DNA from: Arenicellales bacterium
Lineage (GTDB): Bacteria > Pseudomonadota > Gammaproteobacteria > Arenicellales > JAJDZL01
Reading direction: 5' to 3'
DNA length: 64,000 nt
NCBI GenBank assembly: GCA_965206345.1
Contig: OZ242211.1
Location: 1,338,758-1,402,757 of the forward strand
Shown here piece after piece: positions 40,454 to 50,434 of this stretch; positions within the stretch are counted from its first letter, which is position 1; each line of letters opens with the position of its first letter. Made by a program: the position numbers and the translations under genes. Below the pieces are notes generated by a model. That model ran no database searches. It was not told the DNA's origin and was given only the letters and a program-made list of their open reading frames with translations.

Positions 40454-41668
40454 TCAAACTGATTTGTTTCTAAGCAGTACTTTTGCAATTCGGCGCTTGC
40501 CAACCTGAAACACATGTGATGCACCGGCCGGTATCAACATCCTTGAGTCGTTGACGCGCTCACCATCGATTCGAACAGCTCCTTGTCGGACGAGCCGATG
40601 TGCGTCAGAGGTTGAGTCGACGAGATTTGAATCTTTAAGCAGGTTGGCCAATGCAATATTCCCTTGGATGATGTCCAGAATCTGTTCATCAACGTCATCG
40701 GGAACTCCGCCTTTCTGGAATTGCGCGATAAACGCCTCATGTGCCCTTTTCGCATCGGTTGCAGAATGAAAGCGTTCTACAAGCTCCTGGGCAAGCAGGA
40801 ATTTGACATCGCGCGGATTAAGGCCGTCGGCAACCTGCTGCTTGAGAGTGTTGATTTCGTTAACCGTGCGTGCACTAATCAATTCAAAGTAGCGCCACAT
40901 CAAGTCGTCTGAAATTGACATGATCTTGCCGTAAATCTCACCAGGCGGTTCGTTGATGCCGATGTAGTTGTTCAGTGACTTTGACATCTTTTTGACACCA
41001 TCGAGTCCTTCCAGGATGGGTACCGTGATGACAATCTGAGGTGGTTGCGAATAGTTCTTTTGCAACTCTCTGCCGACCAGCAGATTGAACTTCTGGTCGG
41101 TGCCCCCTAGCTCGACATCCGAGCGAAGTGCAACAGAGTCATATCCCTGAACTAGAGGATAAAGAAATTCGTGTATGGCGATAGACTGCTGGTTACTGAA
41201 ACGAGTCTTGAAATCATCCCTTTCCAGCATTCTGGCGACGGTGTGTTGTGCCGCGAGTCGGATCATCATACTGGCGCCTTGATTTTCGAACCATTCAGAG
41301 TTGAATCGAACGATTGTTTTGTCTGGATCAAGTACCTTAAATACCTGCTCCTTATAGGTTGAGGCATTAGCGTTGATTTCTTCTTCGGTCATTGGCGGGC
41401 GAGTCGCTGATTTACCGGAAGGGTCGCCAATTCTACCGGTAAAGTCACCGATCAGGAAAGTGACTTTGTGGTCGAGTTGCTGAAACTGACGCATTTTTTC
41501 GAGTAGCACGACGTGTCCCAGATGCAAATCAGGCGCTGTAGGGTCAAAACCCGCTTTGACGTTTAACGGTCTATCCAGTTTAAGCCGTTCAATGAGTTCT
41601 GATTCAAGCAGAATTTCGTCGGTTCCGCGGCTGATCAGACTGAGGTGTTCTTCGAGTGAATAGGACAA
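40454..41668 (-). CDS. tyrS: tyrosine--tRNA ligase
   Basis: HLGH and KMSKS motifs, plus a C-terminal S4-like domain. Confidence 0.95.
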   Translation of the reverse strand: MSYSLEEHLSLISRGTDEILLESELIERLKLDRPLNVKAGFDPTAPDLHLGHVVLLEKMRQFQQLDHKVTFLIGDFTGRIGDPSGKSATRPPMTEEEINANASTYKEQVFKVLDPDKTIVRFNSEWFENQGASMMIRLAAQHTVARMLERDDFKTRFSNQQSIAIHEFLYPLVQGYDSVALRSDVELGGTDQKFNLLVGRELQKNYSQPPQIVITVPILEGLDGVKKMSKSLNNYIGINEPPGEIYGKIMSISDDLMWRYFELISARTVNEINTLKQQVADGLNPRDVKFLLAQELVERFHSATDAKRAHEAFIAQFQKGGVPDDVDEQILDIIQGNIALANLLKDSNLVDSTSDAHRLVRQGAVRIDGERVNDSRMLIPAGASHVFQVGKRRIAKVLLRNKSV

Positions 41669-42071
41669 TGCGTAAATCCTTATCTGAAAGTTTGGTGTGA
41701 ATAGATAGACACAAGGTGAGTGACAAATGAAATTTTATTGCGAATTACTGTGCTGTGTTTGGGGATTCCTGATGGTATGCGACTTAAGTTGTACGCATAT
41801 GGTGGGATGGTTGTGAGTCACCTACTCCGCTTGCTTGTGCAGAAAAAAGGGATGATTTCTATGCGCCGTCAACCACATCACTATCTCGGTTGTTTTTGGC
41901 TGCGATATCTGTTGATTAAATATTGATCTAGAAGGTGGCGGTTTGAGCGAAAGAAGCGAAACGTGGTAAAAAAACTCTACTCTTATCTGCCAGACTGTCG
42001 AAATTTGTCGTGCCCGCAACTTGAGGATTTCATAAAGTGCATGCTATTTGATGCGAAGAATTTCCCCGCCA

Positions 42072-42221
42072 ATGCGGAAGTTGTTTAGGGTTGATAACGA
42101 GAGCGCTGAAAAGCCACCGATTGAAATAAAGACGGCAAACCGGCTTGAGCGGTTGCTTGGATTGAATTCGGGTTTCTGGACTAATGTGATAAGAAAATCA
42201 CCAACTTCGATAAGGAGATAA
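42072..42221 (+). pseudogene. possible remnant of an XRE/HigA-type antitoxin (C-terminal half only)
   Basis: My translation gives MRKLFRVDNESAEKPPIEIKTANRLERLLGLNSGFWTNVIRKSPTSIRR. The segment PIEIKTANRLERLLGLNSGFWTNV resembles the HigA consensus (K)R(x)IT(x)(x)(x)ALRL(x)(x)(x)FG(x)S(x)(x)FW(x)N(L). No intact N-terminal helix and no toxin gene were found. Confidence 0.3.
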
Positions 42222-42411
42222 ATCGAAGTTCATTGCTGAATTTTGTCGACATACCATAGTGAGAGGAACCTCAATTTTTGCCTCAAACCAGTTGGTTTTC
42301 ATACAGACTATAATTGAGCGAAAAGTCTTTGCTGAATTGACAGGCAAAATCGCAACTTTGCGAGCTTCTGGGGATAGAACTATAACAACGCTTTGCCAGT
42401 GCTGATTTCCA

Positions 42412-45400
42412 ATGAATAACAACTACGACAGCAAGGAGAACTATGCAGGTCGCCATTCAACGAGCTCACCTGCTAGTGATTGGCAGCGTGCAGTTCCATT
42501 CGACGTTCAAAATGACACGCCGCTCAAAGGATTAATTTATTTCACAGTCTTTACAGCGCTCTCGTTATCAATTCTGGCTTTTGCGCTGGTCCCTCAACTG
42601 AGGGTCGACGATAAAAACTTCAATTCTATAACTGGAATTGCCCCGCCAGTTTCACAGGCTATCACCAAAGAAGCGACACCTGCATCTGAAGCGGCGCAAA
42701 ATATCGAGTTAGAGACTGACGCACAGGATGGTGGCAACCCAGTTAATATTTTGGAGCAGACGGTCCAAACTGATAGTGAGCTAGACCAGCCATTGGGACT
42801 CACCTCTTCAGCGATGGAACTGACTACAGCTGAAACTAGCGGATCAGCGAAAGAGACAGAAAGTACCGGCGAACAAGTCAGTGTTCAGGAGCCAGTAGAT
42901 GTGTCTGCTACCGGACCCGCACAACTTCCAGAACCACCTGACCCCGCGTTGGAGTTGGCAACGACCGAATCAAGTGAAGAACTTGCACCAGAGACAGACC
43001 CTCAACTCTCTTTTGAATTGAGAAATCATACCGAAGAGGTGATCGAAGTCACTGAAACGCCTGTTCAACCATCCGAGCCGATGACTCTGCTTACAACTGA
43101 ACTGGCTGCACTTACAGATTTTGATGCAGAACATCAGAATCTTCCCGAGTCAATCAGTGATTTCGAATCGACAGCCTCTGTTGGACAAGCGCCGGTTCAA
43201 CAAGCCGAATTGACCGTAGTAGAGCCGCGGTCACTTGAGACGGAGTTAGCCCAGGTTGACGAATCGGAAACGGATCGTCAAAGTCTTGAAGAGCTGGTCG
43301 TGCCTGTCGAGTCGGTGTTACAGGTTGAAACAGAGCACGGACAACAGGTTGAACAGATGCAGCCCGAGTTGGCCGTTGTTATCGATTCTGAAATTGATGC
43401 TCAACAATCCGGTGGACCAGCAAGTAACCAAAAGTCGCCGGAATTCACTGTAACAGATTCGGACCAAGGTTCCAGGCCGCTGCAATCAGCCACAACTGAA
43501 ATAGCTCAGATTGCTGCAATGAGGGATATCCAGCAAAGCCATGTTGAACCGGTCAACGACACTGAATCTAGTGCTCGCATCGATGAAGAGTCAGTCGAAC
43601 AGCCCAAGCTAGCTGTTCCGGTACTGGAACAGCTTGCAACTGAACTGGTTGCTATTACAGACTTTGATGCAGAAAACCGGAATCTTCCCGAGCCAATCAG
43701 TGATATCGAATCGGCAGCATATGTTGAAGAAGCACCGGTCCAACAATTCGAATTGGCTATGCTTGAACCGGAGTCACTTGAGACGGAGCTGGCGCAAGTT
43801 GCTGAATCAGTCACAGATGGCCAAACTTTTGACGAACTGGCCGTGTCCGCCGAGTCGGAGGTGCAGTTTGTAGCAGAGCACGAGCAGCAGGTCGAACAGA
43901 TTCAGGCCGAAATAGCCGTTGTTTCAGGTGCTGGTAAGGATGCTCAAAATTCCAGTGAACCGGTAAACGAGCGCGAGGAACCGGAATCCATAGAAATGGA
44001 GCAGGACCAAGGTTTCAGTGAACTGCAGCCAGATACGACTCAATTGGCTCGGACTGCTGAAGTTGATGTTGCCCAGCAAAGTCACATTGAGCCGATCAGC
44101 AACACCGAATCCGTTGCCCGCATCGGTGAAGAGTTAGTTGACCAATCACAGCCAGCTGTACCGGTACTGGAACCGCTTACAACTGAACTGGCTGCACTTA
44201 CAGATTTTGATGCAGAAATCCAGAACTTTCCCGAGTCAGTCCGCGATATCGAATTTGCGGATTATGTTGGAGAATGGTTTGTATCAGGACCGGCGCTGCT
44301 TGAGACGGAGCTGGCAAAAGCTGCTGAATCAGTGGCCGATGATCAAAGGCTTGTCGAACCGGTTCTGCCCGCTGAGTTGGTGGTACAGGTTGAAGTAGAG
44401 CACGAACAACAGGCTGAACAGATTCAGCCCGAATTGAACATCGTTTCAGTTCTGGCCAAAGAGGCACAAGATCCTGGTGAATTGGCAAGCAGTCGCGAGG
44501 CACCGGAATTCATTGAAGCAGAATTGGACCAAAGTCTCGGTGAACTGCAGCCAGCCACGACTCAATTGGCTCGGGCCACTGAAGTAGATGTTGCCCAGCA
44601 AAGTCACATTGAGCCGATCAGCAACACTGAACCTTTCGCCCGTATCGGAGAAGGATCAGCTGGCCAGTCCCAACCTGTCGAACCAACGGTGGAACCGGTT
44701 GAGACTGATTTGGCTGAAACTACTGAGTCGGAGACGGGCGACGAGGGCGTTGGTGGACCGATTAGCGATTACGAACAGGCGCTTCAGCTTGATCAACAGC
44801 CTAATCAACAGACACAGCCAGACGTTACCGTGCTCGAACCCGTATCGGGTGAAGAAAAGTTGGTACCAACCGGAGTAGCCGAGCCAGTCATTCTGCTGTC
44901 CACCGACCTTGAGTCTCTAGCGAACGCACCTGTGGTTTTAACTGAGTCGATTGTTCGTCCTGGTGATTCACTGTCGTCCATATTCAATCGTAATAACCTG
45001 TCCTACAAAATTGCCCAAAGGCTGATTAGTGCACCGGGCAGCAAACCAATCTCTGTGCTGTATCCACGCGACCATTTTAAGTTCGTCTGGAGTAACAACA
45101 AACTGCTTGGCATTGAACTTCGTCGTAAAAATAAACTTTCGCTAATGGCAACTTACGATGGAAGACAGTTTTCCGTTATCAATATCAGAGAGGCCCGACG
45201 CGCTGGTACGATTGTGAAGTTGTTGAAGCAGGAAATTGATTCCGTAGAACGTGAAGATCTGATTGACTATGAGACTCAATACGCAAAACTAAAGAGTACA
45301 AATTTGAAGTGGAGCACCATCACTGTAAAAAAAGGTGATGCATTGAGCAAAATTTTCAGACGTACTGGCCTTTCTGCAGTTGAAGCTATTGCTGTTGCAG

Positions 45401-46434
45401 GCTACCCCGGTAATGAGTGGTTGGCCACCGGTTTGAAACCAGGACAGGAGATGAATATTGCAAAGTCTGAGGAGGGGAAATTTGCAATCCTAGAGGTTCC
45501 TGAGAAGGGAACAGCAAAAGTTCGGCTTGTTTTTCCAGTGGAAGACGGATTCTTCGCAGGTTTTAAAATGATCAAGGCTGAAGTTCAGGAACACTATGCC
45601 TGTGCAGAAGTTGAGAGCAGTCTTTATACTGCAGGATATGCGATCAATATTCCTAGAGAAGTAATGGACGAATTTGTATCGTTGTTTGAATCGCGTTTTG
45701 ACTTCAGCCGACAGTTACAACAGGATGATCAATTCTGCGTCATTTATGATCGTGAATACATCAAGGGTAAGCCTTTAAAGGAAATCAAAATTAAAGCGGG
45801 ATCTCTGATTCAGGAAAACGCTGAGTTGCGCGCCTTCCGGCACGTTGATGATGATCACAGGGTTGCCTACTATGACAGCGAGGGTTTGAACATGCAGGGA
45901 CACTTCCTGCGGTCACCAATCAAGTCTGCAAGAGTAGTTTCAAATTACAGTAAAAGACGCTACCACCCGGTGCTGAAAACCAATCGGCCCCATCTTGGTG
46001 TTGACTATGGCGCCAGAACTGGAACTCCAATTCGGTCGACTGCAACCGGACAGGTCATTAAACGTGGATGGTCCGGCGGTTATGGCAAAATGATCGTTGT
46101 TCAACACGGCAGCAAATATCGTACGCTTTATGCCCACATGTCACGCTATGCTGACGGCACCTCGGTTGGTAGCTACGTCAAGCAAGGGCAGGTGATTGGT
46201 TACGTCGGTTCAACCGGCCTGTCTACGGGTCCGCATTTACACTATGAATTTCATGTAAATGGTAGACATCGCGATCCGTTGCAATATGACATGCCAAAAG
46301 GCCAGCCCATTCCAGAACAATACAAAGTCACCTTTCAATCAGTAGTCGACGAATTCAGCAAACGTCTGGTAAGTATTGATTCACCACAGGTTGAGTACCG
46401 TCCCTCAACTGTCCAAACTGCGAGCAGCCAGTAA
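42412..46434 (+). CDS. MepM/YebA-like murein endopeptidase (OapA/LysM-like + M23) with an ~800-aa acidic repeat insertion
   Basis: N-terminal TM (LIYFTVFTALSLSILAFALVP). A highly acidic (E/D/Q-rich) repeat region follows, then VRPGDSLSSIF and ITVKKGDALSKIF LysM/OapA-like segments. The C-terminal M23 core is HLGVDYGARTGTPI...GSTGLSTGPHLHYEF. The tyrS / M23 peptidase / anmK synteny matches Pseudomonas. Confidence 0.85.
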   Translation: MNNNYDSKENYAGRHSTSSPASDWQRAVPFDVQNDTPLKGLIYFTVFTALSLSILAFALVPQLRVDDKNFNSITGIAPPVSQAITKEATPASEAAQNIELETDAQDGGNPVNILEQTVQTDSELDQPLGLTSSAMELTTAETSGSAKETESTGEQVSVQEPVDVSATGPAQLPEPPDPALELATTESSEELAPETDPQLSFELRNHTEEVIEVTETPVQPSEPMTLLTTELAALTDFDAEHQNLPESISDFESTASVGQAPVQQAELTVVEPRSLETELAQVDESETDRQSLEELVVPVESVLQVETEHGQQVEQMQPELAVVIDSEIDAQQSGGPASNQKSPEFTVTDSDQGSRPLQSATTEIAQIAAMRDIQQSHVEPVNDTESSARIDEESVEQPKLAVPVLEQLATELVAITDFDAENRNLPEPISDIESAAYVEEAPVQQFELAMLEPESLETELAQVAESVTDGQTFDELAVSAESEVQFVAEHEQQVEQIQAEIAVVSGAGKDAQNSSEPVNEREEPESIEMEQDQGFSELQPDTTQLARTAEVDVAQQSHIEPISNTESVARIGEELVDQSQPAVPVLEPLTTELAALTDFDAEIQNFPESVRDIEFADYVGEWFVSGPALLETELAKAAESVADDQRLVEPVLPAELVVQVEVEHEQQAEQIQPELNIVSVLAKEAQDPGELASSREAPEFIEAELDQSLGELQPATTQLARATEVDVAQQSHIEPISNTEPFARIGEGSAGQSQPVEPTVEPVETDLAETTESETGDEGVGGPISDYEQALQLDQQPNQQTQPDVTVLEPVSGEEKLVPTGVAEPVILLSTDLESLANAPVVLTESIVRPGDSLSSIFNRNNLSYKIAQRLISAPGSKPISVLYPRDHFKFVWSNNKLLGIELRRKNKLSLMATYDGRQFSVINIREARRAGTIVKLLKQEIDSVEREDLIDYETQYAKLKSTNLKWSTITVKKGDALSKIFRRTGLSAVEAIAVAGYPGNEWLATGLKPGQEMNIAKSEEGKFAILEVPEKGTAKVRLVFPVEDGFFAGFKMIKAEVQEHYACAEVESSLYTAGYAINIPREVMDEFVSLFESRFDFSRQLQQDDQFCVIYDREYIKGKPLKEIKIKAGSLIQENAELRAFRHVDDDHRVAYYDSEGLNMQGHFLRSPIKSARVVSNYSKRRYHPVLKTNRPHLGVDYGARTGTPIRSTATGQVIKRGWSGGYGKMIVVQHGSKYRTLYAHMSRYADGTSVGSYVKQGQVIGYVGSTGLSTGPHLHYEFHVNGRHRDPLQYDMPKGQPIPEQYKVTFQSVVDEFSKRLVSIDSPQVEYRPSTVQTASSQ
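43060..44700. repeat. three tandem ~522-543-bp (174-181 aa) coding repeats in the mepM-like gene
   Basis: ttacaga(t/c)tttgatgcagaa recurs at 43112, 43655 and 44198, a 543-nt spacing. gcccagcaaagtcacattgagccgatcagcaacac recurs at 44071 and 44593, a 522-nt spacing, because the third unit has a 21-nt deletion. Confidence 0.9.
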
Positions 46435-46476
46435 CAGTCAGTTGAGTGTTTTTGCTGCTGTTCCAGCAAATATTTG

Positions 46477-47589
46477 ATGGACACCCTATTTGCCGGACTG
46501 ATGTCTGGCACCAGTCTGGATGGAGTTGATGCTGTCCTCGCTTCATTTGATTCTGATCAACGTGTCAAGATTATCAATTCAGAATTTCTTCCATATCCGA
46601 AGACATTTCGAAAAAAACTGCTTGAGCTAATCAATGACCCTCATTCAGACAAGGTATTTATTCGAGAAATTGATGTTGAGCTGGGTGAACTGTATGCACA
46701 GGCCGCTCTAAAGCTAACGGCTGAACATCAACAATCTCATGTGCGGGCAATTGGTTGTCATGGCCAGACAATTTTGCACCGACCCGATGCTGATCCGCCA
46801 TTTACCTGGCAGGCAGGTGATCCAAAGACGCTTGCACAATTGACCGGTATTGCGGTTGTCAGTGACTTTCGTAGCGCTGATATGAACCATGGCGGTCAAG
46901 GCGCACCACTGGCACCAGCGTTTCATCAGTATGCCTTTAGCACGGAAAAAGAAGCGATTGCAGTTGTCAATATCGGTGGTATCGCTAATGTTACTTACCT
47001 TCCTGCTGATAAAAGCGAACCCGTTGTCGGATTTGACACTGGCCCTGGCAACACACTATCAGATCGATGGGTCCAGATGTGCAAAGGCGATTCCTATGAC
47101 AGGAATGGAAGCTGGGCGTGTTCAGCGACCCTCAATGAGTCACTGCTTGCATCATTTTTAAAGGATCGGTACTTTAGTGAGCCGCCACCGAAGAGTTTGG
47201 ATACGCGTTATTTCAATGTTGATTGGCTAAAGAGAAAACTCGATGCAGTGACTGATCGAAAACAGGACACAGCAGTGATACAAAGTACGATTGCCGCATT
47301 CACCGCTGATTCGATTTGGCTTGGAATCAAAAAATGGATTCCCGATGTACGGCGTCTCGTTCTCTGTGGCGGAGGCACACACAACCTTGCAATGGTTGGG
47401 CGCCTGGTGCAAATAACAGGTCTTGAGGTGTCAACATCCCAAGAATTCGGAGTATCGCCTGACGATGTAGAAGCATGTGCGTTTGCCTGGCTGGCGCATC
47501 AGCGAATAAACGGTTTTCCAGCCAACCTTCCATCCGTCACGGGCGCATCGCACAGAGTTTTGCTCGGGTCGATAACCAACCCTGACTGA
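46477..47589 (+). CDS. anmK: anhydro-N-acetylmuramic acid kinase
   Basis: GLMSGTSLDGVD N-terminal motif. ~370 aa. The ORF-track TTG at 46474 is one codon upstream of the ATG. Confidence 0.92.
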   Translation: MDTLFAGLMSGTSLDGVDAVLASFDSDQRVKIINSEFLPYPKTFRKKLLELINDPHSDKVFIREIDVELGELYAQAALKLTAEHQQSHVRAIGCHGQTILHRPDADPPFTWQAGDPKTLAQLTGIAVVSDFRSADMNHGGQGAPLAPAFHQYAFSTEKEAIAVVNIGGIANVTYLPADKSEPVVGFDTGPGNTLSDRWVQMCKGDSYDRNGSWACSATLNESLLASFLKDRYFSEPPPKSLDTRYFNVDWLKRKLDAVTDRKQDTAVIQSTIAAFTADSIWLGIKKWIPDVRRLVLCGGGTHNLAMVGRLVQITGLEVSTSQEFGVSPDDVEACAFAWLAHQRINGFPANLPSVTGASHRVLLGSITNPD

Positions 47590-47592
47590 GTG

Positions 47593-47625
47593 AGTTTGAC
47601 TGCCGTAGGGTTCAGCAGTCAAACT
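47593..47625. terminator. perfect 11-bp-stem hairpin between convergent anmK and the GS-like gene
   Basis: agtttgactgc / cgtagggttca / gcagtcaaact. There is no flanking T-run on either strand, so intrinsic-terminator function is uncertain. Confidence 0.4.
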
Positions 47626-47669
47626 ATCGTCGTGCAACTGGCTTATTGCGTCAAAGGATGTAAGACCAA

Positions 47670-48977
47670 TCAGCAATCTAGCGTATTGGCACGCTCCCAG
47701 TTGGAAACTTCGGCGCAGTACTGATTCCAGTTCTGCAGTTTCAATTTGCAGTAGCTATTGATGTTGTCAGCACCAAGTGAATTTAGAAGCACCTTGTTGG
47801 ACTCGGTCAGTCGAATGGCATCCAGCAGATTCAGTGGTAGTTTCTTGACATCGCCAGCCAGTTCAGGATTGGCATACATGTCATTGTCCAGTCTCTGACC
47901 CGGGTCGCGATTATTCTGAATGCCATCAAGTCCGGCCGCTGCGATTCCAGCTTGCAACAGGTAAGGATTCGCTGAACCATCCATCAAACGTAATTCGAAA
48001 CGTCCAGCATCAGGAATTCGAATCATGTGTGTTCGATTGTTTCCGGTATAGGTAACTGAGTTGGGTGACCAGGAAGCGCCTGAACGGGTTCGTGCGGCAT
48101 TGATCCTCTTGTAGCTATTGACAGTTGGATTAAATATTGAACACAGCGCTTCTGCACTGTGAATGATGCCGCCCAAAAACTTGTAGGCCAGTTCGGATAG
48201 TCCCATTTCCTCAGATTCGTCAAGAAACAGATTTTTACTTCCATCGGCATTCCACACCGAGACATGTGCGTGACAACCATTACCAGTCAAATCAACAAAA
48301 GGTTTCGGCATAAATGTTGCGCGCTCACCATTGCGCTCAGCGATTGTCTTTACCATGAACTTGAAGAAGGTATGCTGATCTGCTGTCGTCAGGGCGTCGC
48401 TGTAGTCCCAATTCATCTCAAACTGGCCGTTGGCGTCTTCGTGGTCGTTCTGGTAAGGTCCCCAGCCAAGTTCGACCATTGCATCGCAGATTTCACTGAC
48501 GATGTGATATTTTCTGAGTAGCGAAGACTGGTCGTAGCAAGGTTTCTCCTGGGAGTCCAGCGAGTCATTGATATCATCGCCACTTGCGTTGATCAGCATG
48601 TATTCGCATTCCACTCCAGTTTTCATCACATGACCGTTTTCGGCGAACTTGGCGATCTGTCGCTTTAGCATGACGCGTGGACACTGCTCCACTTCAGCGC
48701 CGCTCATCCACAAATCTGCGGCCAGCCATCCGATTTCACGGTTCCATGGCAGTATGATGAGACTGTTGGGGTCGGGAATTGCGAGCATGTCAGGGTCTGC
48801 GGGAGTCATGTCCAGCCAGGTTGCGAATCCGGCGAACCCGGCGCCGTCTTCCTGCATACCACCAATTGCGGCAGCAGGCACAAGTTTTGCACGAAGTACT
48901 CCAAACAGGTCAACGAAACTAATCAAGAAATACTTGATTGATTCTTCTTTTGCGACTTTTGCAAGATCTGTCGGCAT
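47670..48977 (-). CDS. gmaS: glutamine synthetase-family protein, gamma-glutamylmethylamide synthetase (GmaS/GlnT)-like
   Basis: GS catalytic-domain blocks (TGNGCHAHVSVW, NSYKRI...SWSPN, RIPDAGRFELRLMDGSANPYL). 435 aa. Last gene of an mgsABC-like cluster. Confidence 0.7.
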   Translation of the reverse strand: MPTDLAKVAKEESIKYFLISFVDLFGVLRAKLVPAAAIGGMQEDGAGFAGFATWLDMTPADPDMLAIPDPNSLIILPWNREIGWLAADLWMSGAEVEQCPRVMLKRQIAKFAENGHVMKTGVECEYMLINASGDDINDSLDSQEKPCYDQSSLLRKYHIVSEICDAMVELGWGPYQNDHEDANGQFEMNWDYSDALTTADQHTFFKFMVKTIAERNGERATFMPKPFVDLTGNGCHAHVSVWNADGSKNLFLDESEEMGLSELAYKFLGGIIHSAEALCSIFNPTVNSYKRINAARTRSGASWSPNSVTYTGNNRTHMIRIPDAGRFELRLMDGSANPYLLQAGIAAAGLDGIQNNRDPGQRLDNDMYANPELAGDVKKLPLNLLDAIRLTESNKVLLNSLGADNINSYCKLKLQNWNQYCAEVSNWERANTLDC

Positions 48978-49110
48978 CTTTCAACCTCCTAAAATGTGAT
49001 TGGTGCTCACGTAAACAATCAATCAGACTGTTCAGCCTGATTCACATTATCGTGAGCAGGTCAAACTCAAAAATCTCTGTTGTACACCCACAACGAATTG
49101 CTCAAATGGT

Positions 49111-50433
49111 CTACGTTCCAGGAATCCAACTGGTTCCGGCAAGCGGCACTTTTGCCATAGCCGCTGCTTCTACTGTTAAAGCGACCATGTCCTCTGGTTC
49201 CAAATTCTGGACATGGCTCTTACCGCAGGCTCTTGCCAGTGTCTGTAGTTCGAGCACCATTGTGGAAAGGTAATTCCTAAGCCACCTCGATCCCTGCTCG
49301 GGTCGAAGACGCGCTTCGAGTTCAGGATCCTGGGTGGTAATTCCGACTGGACACTGTCCAGTGTGGCAATGATGACAGCACCCTGGCAAAGTACCGAGTT
49401 TTTCATAATCCTCAAGATAAACCGGTCGATTGCAGCCAAGCGCAACCATTGCCGCGCTGCCGATTGAAACAGCATCAGCCCCGAGAGCCAAAGCCTTGGC
49501 AACATCGGCGCCACTTCGAACGCCTCCCGACACGATCAACTGAACCTTACGATGCATATCGAGTTCAACGAGTGCATCGACGGCCTGTCGCACTGCGGGA
49601 AGAGTCGGAATTCCAACGTGTTCGATAAAAACATCCTGTGTTGCTGCAGTACCGCCTTGCATACCATCAAGCACAATAGCATCGGCTCCTGCCTTGATGG
49701 CCAGTGCAACATCAAACTGAACGCGGGTGGCACCGATTTTGATCAGAATTGGAATTTTCCAGTCAGTGATTTCTCTAAGTTCTTGAACTTTAATTTCGAG
49801 ATCATCAGGCCCGGTCCAGTCCGGGTGACGGCATGCGCTTCGTTGATCAATGCCAACTGGTAAATCACGCATTCCGGCAACCCGTTCGGTAATTTTCTGA
49901 CCCAGCAGCATGCCACCGCCACCAGGTTTTGCACCTTGCCCGACGACCACTTCCAGTGCGTCAGCGCGGCGTACATCATCCGGGTTTAGTCCGTACCTTG
50001 AAGGCAGAACCTGATAAATCAGTGTTTTTGATGAAAGTCGCTCTTCATCTGTCATTCCGCCATCACCTGTGGTGGTACTAGTTCCCATCTGGGTGGCTGC
50101 CAGTCCAATTGACTCTTTCGCGTTTGCACCGAGCGCGCCAAAACTCATACCAGCGATGGTAATCGGAATTTTAAGATCCAAGGGCTGCTTTGCAAACCGG
50201 TCGCCAATCACCACATTGGTATCACAGCGTTCGCGGTACCCTTCGAGCGGGTAGCGCGACATAGATGCACCTAAGAACAACAGATCGTCAAACGTCGGAA
50301 TTGATCGTTTCGCACCAAATCCACGGATTTCATAGACACCCTGATCAGCAGCTCGATGGATTTCTGCAAGCACATGGTCAGGGAACGTCGACGAGGGCCG
50401 AAGCACCCGGGAGTCAAAATTCTGACGTTTCAT
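49111..50433 (-). CDS. mgsC: FMN-binding glutamate-synthase-family protein (N-methylglutamate synthase subunit C / GlxD-like)
   Basis: GQGAKPGGGGML and the SGGVRSGADVAKALALGAD FMN/TIM-barrel blocks of GltB domain 2. ATG 50433 lies 1 nt after the mgsB-like stop, so the ORF-track start at 50490 is probably an over-extension. Confidence 0.75.
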   Translation of the reverse strand: MKRQNFDSRVLRPSSTFPDHVLAEIHRAADQGVYEIRGFGAKRSIPTFDDLLFLGASMSRYPLEGYRERCDTNVVIGDRFAKQPLDLKIPITIAGMSFGALGANAKESIGLAATQMGTSTTTGDGGMTDEERLSSKTLIYQVLPSRYGLNPDDVRRADALEVVVGQGAKPGGGGMLLGQKITERVAGMRDLPVGIDQRSACRHPDWTGPDDLEIKVQELREITDWKIPILIKIGATRVQFDVALAIKAGADAIVLDGMQGGTAATQDVFIEHVGIPTLPAVRQAVDALVELDMHRKVQLIVSGGVRSGADVAKALALGADAVSIGSAAMVALGCNRPVYLEDYEKLGTLPGCCHHCHTGQCPVGITTQDPELEARLRPEQGSRWLRNYLSTMVLELQTLARACGKSHVQNLEPEDMVALTVEAAAMAKVPLAGTSWIPGT

Positions 50434-50434
50434 T

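Noticed and set aside
41720-41926. 68-aa ORF in the tyrS-mepM intergenic region as a possible HigB-like toxin
   Set aside because: The sequence ([19 protein letters not shown]...) has no resemblance to RelE/HigB motifs, no RBS, and an odd composition. It is probably non-coding.
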